Source: Candidatus Aminicenantes bacterium UBA1061 (GTDB lineage: Bacteria; Acidobacteriota; Aminicenantia; Aminicenantales; Saccharicenantaceae). Taken from it: a DNA stretch of 64,000 bases. The position numbers and the translations under genes were made by a program. The stretch covers positions 56,074-120,073 of the forward strand of contig DCDG01000018.1 in assembly GCA_002316315.1 (NCBI GenBank), given 5' to 3'. Numbering within the stretch: position 1 is the stretch's first letter; each line of letters opens with the position of its first letter. The notes beneath the pieces are model-generated. The model saw only the letters and a program-made list of their open reading frames with translations, did no database searches and was not told the DNA's origin. This document shows, one piece after another, positions 52,653-61,520 of the stretch.

Positions 52653-55508
52653 TCAAAAAGTTGATAAGAAGGCACAGTTTATAAGGCGGGGGTAGCTGTC
52701 AGACTGAAGCCGCACTTCAGCCCGAAGAAAGCACACCGGAGGTGAGCCAAAAGCCAGAGCCTTCCTCTGGCCCACACCCTCAACCTGCCCGCTCTCGTCT
52801 TCAAAGAGATAAAAATAAGTCAAGCCCTTGGCTGTTCTGATTTCCCGGGCATCTACTACCCGCACAGCCAGTTCGACCACCTGACCGGATAATTCCCTGA
52901 GGTGAGCAACTCGCAGCGGCGGCCGCCGGCCATTCAGTAGCTCCAGCGGGTCGCCAGCCGGCAGGAAGCCCAGTTTTTCCAGCTGAAGTTTTTTCTTCTC
53001 CTCATCATTGATGTCTGCTACCTCGACTTCGGAGACACCATGAAAATAGTGCAGAACCTGCTGGCTGCGGTTTGGTTCAAGCGAATCAAGAGCTCCAGCC
53101 TGGATTAGAGCCAGCAGGTCGCTCTGGCCTGGTTTTACCCGTCCGAGGAAGTCTTCCACCGACAAATAGACGCCATCTCTCTCCCGCTCGTTGATGATTT
53201 TTTCTAGGCTCCTGGCGGTTAGATTTTTAATGGAACCAAGGCCAACTCTAATCGCCTTCCCTTCGACCTCAAAGCGATAACCGCTGCGGTTGACATCCGG
53301 GCCAAGGATCGTTAAGCCCAGCCTCTTAGCTTCCTCAATGTATTCCGGAAGCTGGTAGTAACCACCGGCCGCATTAAGCACAGCCACCATATAGACCAGA
53401 GGATAATGAGCTTTAAGATAAACGGCTTCATAAGCCATGAGGGCATAAGAGGCGCTATGAGCCCGGTTAAAAGAATAGGCCGAAAATTTTTCCATCTTCT
53501 GCCACAGCTCCTGAATCTCAGCCTGAGCATAGCCGCGGCTTTCGGCCCGGTCAAAGAATTTCCGGCGCAAAGCCTCATCCACCCGGCGCTTTTTTAGCTG
53601 ACGGCGCAAAAGTTCTCCTTCTTCCGGCGGGAAACCAGCCACCCTTTCTGCCACCTGCATCACCTGCTCTTCATAAAACATCAGGCCGCCGGTTTCGGGG
53701 AGAATCTTAGCCAGCAGCGGGTCTGAAGGAGAAGCCCTCCCCTCGCGTCGCCTCAGAAAGGCTTCTTTCATCCCGCTTTCAGTCGGACCAGGTCTGATTA
53801 AAGCCAGAGCATGGATTAAATCGTCCAGGTTTTCCGGCTTCATCCGGCGGAGGAGATTCATCATGGCCGGGCTTTCCACCTGAAAGCAGCCAATTGTTTT
53901 CGCTTCGCGGAGAAGAGTAAAAGTCTGGCGGTCAGCAGGCGGAAGATACTCAAGATGAAGAGTTTTTCTGGTCTCGGCTATAGCTGTCAGCCCGCGGGTA
54001 GAAAGGAGGTCAAGCTTAATAAGCTGGAGTTCTTCCACCGTGTCCCGGTCATAATGGCACATGAGGAGTCCTTTGGCTGATTTTTCAAGCGGCAGGTAGC
54101 GGTCAACTGGCGCCGGGGTCAAAATTACACCCCCAACATGGAGGGAAATCTCGGCGAAAACACCGTCCAGCTCAGAAGCCAGTTTCCAGATGTCCAGGCA
54201 GCCGGCCTGAGGCGGCATCTGCCGCAAATAATCAGGCTCGGCGAACATCGGCACCCGCTTGCTCATCGTCCTGGCTTCTTCCGGCGAGATGCCAAAAGCC
54301 CGGGCAGTTTCATAAAGGGCCGAGCGCGCCCGGTAATTCTTCAGGCTGCAGACATAAGCTGCACCGGTTTCTCCTGTCCCGTAACGTTTGAGTACATACT
54401 CCAGGACTTCATCCCGGCGGCTCGAGTCAAAGTCAAGGTCAAAGTCAGGTGGATCAGGCCGGCCGCGGTTTAAAAAGCGTTCAAAATAAAGGCCATACTC
54501 CACCGGATTAAGACGGGAAATGCCCAGAAGATAGGCCAGATAGGAAGAAGCTCCCGAGCCACGGAGATTGTGGTAGATGCCCTGGCGGCGGGCAAATTCC
54601 ACCACGTCACAAACAACAAGAAAATAAGGGGCAAAACCGCTCTCTTCAACCACCTGAAGCTCACGCACCGCCCGGGCCCTTTCTTCCCAGCTGAGATTTT
54701 TCAGCCTGGATAACCGGTCATTAATCACCTGACGCAGGGAAACAGGGAAAAGATCAGGCGGAAGAGGCGGAACAATATTTTTAAAAGAGAAATCTATTTT
54801 TTCGATAAGCTCCTGGTGGCGGCGAAAAATTGGTTTGACCCGGTCGCCATATTTTTTTAAAGCAATTTTTTCCTGCTCCGGGCCAAAATTTCTGAGGACC
54901 GGCGAAAGCCTTTTAAGTTCGGGCGGATAAGGAATTTTTTTCTCTATCGTCCGAAGGAGGACCAGGCGCGGCGCACTGGTCAGAAATTTCAGCGGCTCAG
55001 TCCAGAGAAGAGGAAACCCTGTTTTCGCTGAGAGCCACTCGCCGCCAGGCAGGTTGTTAAGACCGCAGCCAAGATAAAGATCATCCGGTGCCCGCTCCCC
55101 AATCTGGCGAATAAAACTCACCCACTCTTCGAGTTCCACTTCGGACACAGGCAGCTTTTCCGGCAGGATAAAAATGGTAGCGAGTCCATCCGGTTCCAGA
55201 AACTCCCGGCGATTAAAAATCTCAAGCAACCGGTGATAGCCCTTTTTCTCTTTGATGAGAAAAACATAGCGGCTGCCCCTTATGGGAAAATCCAGTTCAA
55301 GCTCGCAGCCAAAGACTGGCTTAAAGCCGCGCCCCTCGCTCAGGGCCTGCCACTTACCCCAGCCATAAAAAGCAGCCACATCGGTCAGGGCAGCTGCCGG
55401 GAGGCGATTTCTCTCTGCAAATTGCACGAGTTCTTCCAGGGTCAGGCTGCCTTCTCCCCGGCTAAAGGTTGAATGAACTCTTAAAGGGATAAACATTTTT
55501 GGACTCAC
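52653..55508 (-). CDS. dnaE2: Error-prone DNA polymerase III alpha-like (DnaE2/ImuC-type)
   Basis: 951 aa with a PHP N-terminal domain, a Pol III alpha core and a C-terminal OB region. It is the last gene of a lexA-dinB-dnaE operon and overlaps dinB by 4 bp. Confidence 0.65.
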   Translation of the reverse strand: MSPKMFIPLRVHSTFSRGEGSLTLEELVQFAERNRLPAAALTDVAAFYGWGKWQALSEGRGFKPVFGCELELDFPIRGSRYVFLIKEKKGYHRLLEIFNRREFLEPDGLATIFILPEKLPVSEVELEEWVSFIRQIGERAPDDLYLGCGLNNLPGGEWLSAKTGFPLLWTEPLKFLTSAPRLVLLRTIEKKIPYPPELKRLSPVLRNFGPEQEKIALKKYGDRVKPIFRRHQELIEKIDFSFKNIVPPLPPDLFPVSLRQVINDRLSRLKNLSWEERARAVRELQVVEESGFAPYFLVVCDVVEFARRQGIYHNLRGSGASSYLAYLLGISRLNPVEYGLYFERFLNRGRPDPPDFDLDFDSSRRDEVLEYVLKRYGTGETGAAYVCSLKNYRARSALYETARAFGISPEEARTMSKRVPMFAEPDYLRQMPPQAGCLDIWKLASELDGVFAEISLHVGGVILTPAPVDRYLPLEKSAKGLLMCHYDRDTVEELQLIKLDLLSTRGLTAIAETRKTLHLEYLPPADRQTFTLLREAKTIGCFQVESPAMMNLLRRMKPENLDDLIHALALIRPGPTESGMKEAFLRRREGRASPSDPLLAKILPETGGLMFYEEQVMQVAERVAGFPPEEGELLRRQLKKRRVDEALRRKFFDRAESRGYAQAEIQELWQKMEKFSAYSFNRAHSASYALMAYEAVYLKAHYPLVYMVAVLNAAGGYYQLPEYIEEAKRLGLTILGPDVNRSGYRFEVEGKAIRVGLGSIKNLTARSLEKIINERERDGVYLSVEDFLGRVKPGQSDLLALIQAGALDSLEPNRSQQVLHYFHGVSEVEVADINDEEKKKLQLEKLGFLPAGDPLELLNGRRPPLRVAHLRELSGQVVELAVRVVDAREIRTAKGLTYFYLFEDESGQVEGVGQRKALAFGSPPVCFLRAEVRLQSDSYPRLINCAFLSTF

Positions 55509-56764
55509 CTGGTAAGAGAAGCAGTTTTCAGGATAAAGCCGCGGCCTTTATCTTCCTGATAAACCTCACCCAGCATTTTTTCCCGGCCGGTTAGAACCGC
55601 AGTAAAGCCGTATCTCTCACGCACCCGGTCAAGAGCCTGAGAGAGGCGTTCATCTTTTTCCTGGTAAAACTCAAAAAGAGAAAGATGGCGCTCCTCGACC
55701 AGCCGGCTGCCTTTAACCCCGACTAGACGAAGAGCCAGGCGCGATTTATCCCACAGGTCCAAAAACAATTCCTCCGCCGCGCGGTAAATCCGGTTCATCT
55801 CCTGGACCGGCATGGACAGAAACCGGCGTTTGCTGACTGTCTTAAAATCCGAGTAGCGGGCTTTAACCTCAATCACCTGGGCATAAAATTTTTCCTGCCG
55901 TAAGGCGAGGGCCAGCCGGTCAGAAAGATAAGCTAAATGAGCCAGCAGGAGATCCCGGTCCCAGACATCCTGAAGAAAGGTAGTCTCCCGGGAGAAAGAT
56001 TCGGACTTCCCCCGGGTTTGAAGCGGACGGTAATCTATGCCCCGGGAGAGAAGATAAAGTTCATCGCCCATCACGCCGAACAAAGAACGCAGGGTGGCCA
56101 GCGGCAGCCGCCAGAGATCAGCTATTTTATGGACATTGAGCAGCCGGAGCATCACCTGGGCTTTAGGGCCAATACCTGGAATGGCGGAAATATCCAGCTC
56201 GCGCAAAAATTCTTCTTCCTCACCCGGCTGAAGCTCAAAGAAACCGCCCGGCTTGGCTCGCCTGGTGGCCAATTTGGCTAAGATTTTGTTGGAAGCCGCC
56301 CCAACCGAAACGCTCAGACCAACTTCCCTCTCTACCCGGCGTTTTATGTCCTTGGCCACCTCTGTAAAAGAAGAATATAGCTGACCGCAGCGGGTAAACT
56401 CTAAGTAGGCCTCATCCAGCGAAGCTTCTTCCACATCAGGTGTATAGTCATGGAGAATCTGGAAGAATTTCTCAGAAAAAGACTGATAGAGATGATAATT
56501 ACCCCGGACAAAAATCGCCTGAGGGCATAGTTTATAACACTCGCGAAGAGGCATACCGGAATGAACGCCATATTTGCGGGCCTCATAGGAGCAAGTAGCG
56601 GCTACCCCTCTTTCGTGCGGCAGGCCACCGACCACCAGCGGTTTACCCTTGAGGGAAGGATTGAGCAGCGCCTCCACCGAGGCAAAAAAAGCGTCGAGGT
56701 CAATATGGACGATATAACGCCTTTTTTGACAGTTGGAAAACTGAGCACCTGGTAACCGCATCAT
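55505..56764 (-). CDS. dinB: Y-family DNA polymerase (DinB/Pol IV-like; sits in the ImuB position of the cassette)
   Basis: HIDLDAFFASVE and SLDEAYLE retain the catalytic Asp/Glu residues of Pol IV. SVGAASNKILAKLA is also present. Confidence 0.7.
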   Translation of the reverse strand: MMRLPGAQFSNCQKRRYIVHIDLDAFFASVEALLNPSLKGKPLVVGGLPHERGVAATCSYEARKYGVHSGMPLRECYKLCPQAIFVRGNYHLYQSFSEKFFQILHDYTPDVEEASLDEAYLEFTRCGQLYSSFTEVAKDIKRRVEREVGLSVSVGAASNKILAKLATRRAKPGGFFELQPGEEEEFLRELDISAIPGIGPKAQVMLRLLNVHKIADLWRLPLATLRSLFGVMGDELYLLSRGIDYRPLQTRGKSESFSRETTFLQDVWDRDLLLAHLAYLSDRLALALRQEKFYAQVIEVKARYSDFKTVSKRRFLSMPVQEMNRIYRAAEELFLDLWDKSRLALRLVGVKGSRLVEERHLSLFEFYQEKDERLSQALDRVRERYGFTAVLTGREKMLGEVYQEDKGRGFILKTASLTR

Positions 56765-56784
56765 TTTCCCCTGATTTTAAAGAC

Positions 56785-57411
56785 TTAATATTTTCGAATC
56801 ACACCGGCTACCCGGCCGATGATCCGGACTTCCTTAACTTCGATCGGCTTAAAGGCCGGATTTTCTGGAACCAGCAGCACCCGGTCTTTTTCCCGGCGAA
56901 GGCGTTTTAGAGTTACTGTGCCATCTTCAAGAAGAGCTACGACCATCTCGCCCGAATTAGCTGTTTCTGCCCTTTCTATGACCACTAAATCACCGTCATC
57001 AATGTAGGCATCAATCATGCTTTTACCGGTCACTTTCAGGCAGAAAAGATTGCCACTTTTCCGCCCGGCGAACCAGGCCGGAACCTCAACGCTCTCGCCC
57101 AGGGTATCAAACATCTCACGCGGGCTACCGGCTGGAACAAGGCCAACTAAGGGAAGGCGCAACTGCTGGACAGCATCCGGCAGATAAGTGAGCCGCAACT
57201 CGCCGCCTTCTCTCCTTAAGTAACCTTTCTTTTCCAGGCTGAGGAGGTGTTTAAAAACAGCCGAGGGGTTGGCGAGGCCGGTCATCTGCCCTATTTCCCT
57301 CACCGTTGGGGCATAGCCATGGTCAAGGATAAAATCCTGGATTTTATCCAGAATTTCCTTCTGCCTTCGAGTCAGTGTCCTTTTAATTCTGTTAACCAAT
57401 TTGTTCACCAT
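56785..57411 (-). CDS. lexA: LexA repressor (S24 peptidase)
   Basis: Winged-helix N-terminus. The C-terminal S24 domain has the Ser-Lys dyad (GKSM ... K). 208 aa, placed directly upstream of dinB and dnaE2. Confidence 0.8.
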   Translation of the reverse strand: MVNKLVNRIKRTLTRRQKEILDKIQDFILDHGYAPTVREIGQMTGLANPSAVFKHLLSLEKKGYLRREGGELRLTYLPDAVQQLRLPLVGLVPAGSPREMFDTLGESVEVPAWFAGRKSGNLFCLKVTGKSMIDAYIDDGDLVVIERAETANSGEMVVALLEDGTVTLKRLRREKDRVLLVPENPAFKPIEVKEVRIIGRVAGVIRKY

Positions 57412-57507
57412 TTATAAAATAATCCCAGCCAGTGCCTTTGTCAAGAGAAAATTTTGCCGTGAGAAAATCTGGAACATCTATCTATTAAGGAGCCAGCGCC
57501 CGAGTTA

Positions 57508-57551
57508 CATGGATATGATTTACTGATCTGAATGAGAAAAACCATTGACAA
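57508..57551 (+). promoter_or_regulatory. Conserved promoter-like motif (TGGATA..CTGAATGAGAAAAA..TTGACA) in the divergent lexA/NHL6 intergenic region
   Basis: About 45 bp that are also present at 50576-50617, upstream of the peptide/NHL5 locus. The motif contains a -35-like TTGACA. Confidence 0.4.
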
Positions 57552-57607
57552 AGTGCAGGTCGGGATTTATATCAATCTGAGGTACAATAAATAAAAGGGG
57601 TTCAGGA

Positions 57608-58681
57608 ATGAAGAAGAAGAGAGTCTTTAAATTTCTGGTCATATTATTTCTCGTGGTATTTATTTACAGTGCCATATCAATACAGAAAGGAGAAGGCCAA
57701 CCTGTAGAAGTACAACAGGTAAGTGTAATCAAAAACATAGGTGAAGGAATTTATGGTCAGAAAATCAAAGACAAGATTAAATTTATAAAAGTTCTTAGCT
57801 TAGGCGCTGAAGCTGATAACGCTCCTGATTATCTTATGTTCGGGAGAAACATCAACGTTGAAATTGATCAGGGGCAAAACCTGTTTGTTCTTGATGAGCA
57901 AAATAGCAGGCTGATGAAATTTGATCAGAATGGTCGATTCCTCTGGAAAGCAAGTAGAAAAGGACAGGGACCTGGAGAAATAGAAGCTCCATTTGGGATG
58001 AAGTTAACAGAGGATGGTGGGATAGCCATAATAGATCAAGGAGGCAAGATCAACTATTTTGATGGAAATGGGAATTTTTTAAAACTGGTTAGAATGGCCA
58101 AAGAAATAAAATCTATAATCTCATTTTCGAAAGGAAAAATATTTGCCAACTTGTTTATACACGGTCAACCAGGTATAACGGCAGCCTGGTTTTCTGAAAA
58201 TGGAGAGCTTATTGATTATTTTCCTGTTGAATATTATTACGGTCCGAAACTATCCGGACGGCTAGCATATGACCTGGGTGCTAAATTCATACTCGGAGGA
58301 GATCAACTTTATTTGAGCCTTCCAGATAAGTATGAAATACAAATCTATTCCTTGAAAGGGCAGTTATTGAGGAGAGTTATCAGAGATGTAAAAATAAGGC
58401 CTCCATTTCTGGAAGAGGGCTACCGATTCGTAGTGAAAGATATATCGGGTCCGGCCCAATTAATTTCCAATGGATTCCTGATTAACGAACTGTCTCTGGA
58501 TGCGTGGACAGAGGCTGGAAAAAAATATATTGATTTTTTTAATAAGGATTTCCAGTTTCTCGGTTCTTATCCTGTTCCCAAAAATGCTTATTTAGCCAGA
58601 GTTGATAAAGACGATAATTTTTATTTTGTCGAGATTGATTCCTGGGTTAAAATAATCAAGTACAAATTAAAAATCGACTGA
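57608..58681 (+). CDS. NHL-repeat / 6-bladed beta-propeller secreted protein, paralog 6
   Basis: Signature SRKGQGPGEI, N-terminal signal or anchor, 357 aa. Confidence 0.7.
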   Translation: MKKKRVFKFLVILFLVVFIYSAISIQKGEGQPVEVQQVSVIKNIGEGIYGQKIKDKIKFIKVLSLGAEADNAPDYLMFGRNINVEIDQGQNLFVLDEQNSRLMKFDQNGRFLWKASRKGQGPGEIEAPFGMKLTEDGGIAIIDQGGKINYFDGNGNFLKLVRMAKEIKSIISFSKGKIFANLFIHGQPGITAAWFSENGELIDYFPVEYYYGPKLSGRLAYDLGAKFILGGDQLYLSLPDKYEIQIYSLKGQLLRRVIRDVKIRPPFLEEGYRFVVKDISGPAQLISNGFLINELSLDAWTEAGKKYIDFFNKDFQFLGSYPVPKNAYLARVDKDDNFYFVEIDSWVKIIKYKLKID

Positions 58682-58843
58682 TTCAAATCCCTCCTAAACT
58701 TTTCAGCTGGGTTATCCACTGTCGAGAGGAATTATGTAGTGAACCCCGAAAGGCAAGACACTTTTTCTCGCATTGAGAGATAGAGTTCTTTTCACAAAAA
58801 TAATCAATATCATTTGGATTACAGGCTGTGGCTTTAACCCGGT

Positions 58844-59692
58844 TCATATTTGAGCTCCTGCCGATGTAGCTTCCTGTGTTTGAGCCCATTGCTGAGTAAA
58901 CTCTTCCGGGCTTAAATACCCCAGAACTGAGTGGACATAGAGCCGATTATAGTCTTCCTCTATCCAGGCACCGATTCTGGCCTCAGCTTCCTCAAAGGAG
59001 CCAAACTCATTTAACCACAGCAGTTCTTCTTTGATGGTCCGTATAACCCTTTCGGTCTCAGCATTACCCCGTGGATTGTCATATGAACAGAAAATCTGAT
59101 TAATATCCAGCCCGGCTGTCTCGGTCATAAAGGCCACCGAGGTTGGCTGCGACCCATTGTCTGAGATAAGATTTAGCCCCTGACCTCTTACTCCACAGGG
59201 AAACTTCCGACACAGTGCCCGGTCCAGTGCTTCTTTCCATTCAGAGGTCTTAGCTCGCAGTGATAGCTCCCAGCCTACTATCTCCTTGGTATACCAGTCC
59301 AGCACCACAACGAGATAACACCAGCCTGAAGAGCCTAAGATAAACTTCGTCATGTCTATTCCCCAGTACTGGTTAGGCCTGGTTGCCTTCGGTTTCCCCC
59401 TCTGGAAACTACGCACTGCTTTATGCCTCACTTGTTCTACCACCAGGCCATTTTCCCTCATCAACCTGTAAACACGCTTCTGATTAACTACAAGACCCTC
59501 CCGATGATTCAGCCAGGCTGTCATCCGTCTGTATCCCCAGAAGGGATGCAATAGCCGAAGCTCCTTGAGCTTCTTCACCACACCCCCATCCTTATCCAAG
59601 CTCCGTCTTTGCCTCTCCTTCCGATACTGCCCGCTCCGGCTTATCCCGAGAGCCTCACAGGCCGATTTCAAGCTCATCCCTCGCTCCCTCAT
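58844..59692 (-). CDS. IS3-family transposase OrfB (DDE integrase core)
   Basis: 282 aa rve-like catalytic domain (..WGIDMTKF..., ..ISDNGSQ..). It lies in the -1 frame relative to orfA. Confidence 0.75.
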   Translation of the reverse strand: MRERGMSLKSACEALGISRSGQYRKERQRRSLDKDGGVVKKLKELRLLHPFWGYRRMTAWLNHREGLVVNQKRVYRLMRENGLVVEQVRHKAVRSFQRGKPKATRPNQYWGIDMTKFILGSSGWCYLVVVLDWYTKEIVGWELSLRAKTSEWKEALDRALCRKFPCGVRGQGLNLISDNGSQPTSVAFMTETAGLDINQIFCSYDNPRGNAETERVIRTIKEELLWLNEFGSFEEAEARIGAWIEEDYNRLYVHSVLGYLSPEEFTQQWAQTQEATSAGAQI

Positions 59693-59714
59693 CAGCTCGA
59701 CTACTTCCCCGAGA

Positions 59715-59993
59715 TTAACTCTTGAGTTTTTTTAAAGCCTCAATCGCCATCGTCTGCCGCCCTATGATCTTCTCCAGTTTCTCTATCTGAGCTTGAAGCA
59801 CCTTCGTTTCATCCTCACTGCCCCCGTTGCTTAATCCCTTCTGACCAGCCTCCAAAAACCTGTCCCGCCACCGATAATACAATGCCTGGCTTATCTGATG
59901 TTCCCGACATATCTCAGCTACCGATTTTTCCCCCTTTAACCCCTCCAGCACTATGGCCATCTTCTCCTCCGAACTCCATTGCCTTAGCTTCAT
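59715..59993 (-). CDS. IS3-family transposase OrfA (HTH)
   Basis: 92 aa. The IS3 OrfA-like sequence ends ...ALKKLKS at the A7 slippery site. Confidence 0.75.
   Translation of the reverse strand: MKLRQWSSEEKMAIVLEGLKGEKSVAEICREHQISQALYYRWRDRFLEAGQKGLSNGGSEDETKVLQAQIEKLEKIIGRQTMAIEALKKLKS
59727..59733 (-). promoter_or_regulatory. A7 slippery heptamer for programmed -1 ribosomal frameshifting (OrfAB fusion)
   Basis: Seven consecutive A on the coding strand at the end of orfA, overlapping the upstream extension of the orfB frame. Confidence 0.6.
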
Positions 59994-60413
59994 CCTGACA
60001 CCTCCTTATTCAGTATAAACTCTATCTCTCAGAGGTGTCCACCTCCTCAGGGGGTCAGTATAAACTCTTGACGGCCCCCCTAAGTTGTCGGCCGAATATT
60101 TTTCATGATTTTCTTCTTGCCCGGAAGGAGATGTCCGGCTGAATTCTGGCGCTTTTGACCTTATCCGGGTATTCTGTGCCCATCTCCGGCCTTTTTTTGC
60201 TCAATTTGACGCCCACGCTTAGTATTTTCTATCATTCCTGCACTGGGGATGGGGCAAAATTGGCGCAGGAGCAACTGTCCGGCCAGCACAGCAGAAAACC
60301 AAATTCTTATCTGTTAATCCATGGCCTTTGGCACTCCTGGAAGTTTCAGCCCGCCAACCTGTCTTAATGATGTTATTCTATCTGTTAGCCCAAGATGCCA
60401 AAAAATTGCCAGC

Positions 60414-61520
60414 TCAAAGATTTAATTTATAGGAGATAATGACAGGATTGGGAAAAGGCTCACCGGACTGAGGCTCTTCCCATTTTTCGACATAAAAAGA
60501 ATTTCCATCAGAGTAGATAATGTTCAAAGATAAGGGAATTCCGCCAGCAAGAAAATTGCCCTCAGTATCAAATATATCAAGATGGTTCTGGAGCTGGACA
60601 AGCAACAGGCTCTTTTCTAAGTAATAGGGGCCATTCAGAACACCTTGCCTCCCTTCCCTTGGTTCGAGCTGCTGAAAATGGGGATTGACGAATGATTTAA
60701 CCAGCTGCCCACCTGAGGTATATTTCCGAATCCGGTAAAATAATGGATTCATTTCATAAATGAAATCGTCCTTATCTATAGCTATTCCATCAGTACCGCA
60801 GGAAAAGAAAAACTTAAAAACTTCTTCAGGAATCGGCGCAAAACTTAAGATTGTCTCCCCATTATTATTGAGCTTTTTAATGGTGTCAAAAATCCAGGGT
60901 TTCTGGAGTCCCATGACAACCGAAGCAGGGACCATTCCTTCATACATAAATATTTCATTTTTATGGTTGACATGTACAAAGTGATACCACTTGCCTTTAG
61001 ATATTATTTGCTTTTTATACTGGTAATTGTGGTCATAAAAGATAAGCCGACTTCCTAGATAGTCGTCTACAAGAATATCCCCTTCCGGGCTTACTTCCAA
61101 ACTCACTGGCGTGGAATATTCCCCTGGTCCCTGACCTTGCCGGCCTAAGTTTTGTATAAAATGCCCGTCTGAACTGAATATCCAGACATTGTTCATACGA
61201 AGCCCGTCGGCTACGATGAAATTTCCCTTTGAGTCCCGGACGAAATCACTGATGGTGCTAATGGCGCTGTTTTCAGTCAGTTCCAGCTGGGTTTCAGCAG
61301 TCTTCGAAAATATGTCTTCGATTTTCCTGGCTGAGGACAAAGCCTTGAGTTCTGATGAGGATAGAGGCGAGTTAGGAGCTTTAGGCTGGCGAGAGCAGCC
61401 CCAGGAGAATAATAAGACTAATGCTATCGATACCAGACAACCTCGATGCCTCATGACCTCCCTCCCTGATGCTCTATTACGATATTCTAATACCATAGTC
61501 AAGCCCCTGTATTGCTTCAC
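60414..61520 (-). CDS. NHL-repeat / 6-bladed beta-propeller lipoprotein, paralog 7 (start probably an internal Met before the lipobox FSWGC)
   Basis: Signature GRQGQGPGEY, lipobox, 368 aa. Confidence 0.7.
   Translation of the reverse strand: MKQYRGLTMVLEYRNRASGREVMRHRGCLVSIALVLLFSWGCSRQPKAPNSPLSSSELKALSSARKIEDIFSKTAETQLELTENSAISTISDFVRDSKGNFIVADGLRMNNVWIFSSDGHFIQNLGRQGQGPGEYSTPVSLEVSPEGDILVDDYLGSRLIFYDHNYQYKKQIISKGKWYHFVHVNHKNEIFMYEGMVPASVVMGLQKPWIFDTIKKLNNNGETILSFAPIPEEVFKFFFSCGTDGIAIDKDDFIYEMNPLFYRIRKYTSGGQLVKSFVNPHFQQLEPREGRQGVLNGPYYLEKSLLLVQLQNHLDIFDTEGNFLAGGIPLSLNIIYSDGNSFYVEKWEEPQSGEPFPNPVIISYKLNL

Larger units (their letters stand above)
58728..60070 (-). mobile_element. IS3-family insertion sequence (about 1.34 kb) with orfA/orfB and a programmed -1 frameshift site
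   Basis: Imperfect terminal inverted repeats: GGAATTATGTAGTGAACCCCGAAAGG at the low-coordinate (orfB-proximal) end (58728..) and AAGAGTTTATACTGACCCCCTGAGGAGG, as the reverse complement, at the high-coordinate (orfA-proximal) end (..60070). orfA (59715-59993) is HTH-like. orfB (58844-59692) is a DDE integrase core. An A7 slippery run lies at 59727-59733. Confidence 0.8.

Noticed and set aside
58683-58889. ORF 58683-58889 (-) 68 aa at the IS3 end
   Set aside because: It overlaps the IS3 right inverted repeat and the orfB 3' end and has no homology signal. It is probably noncoding.
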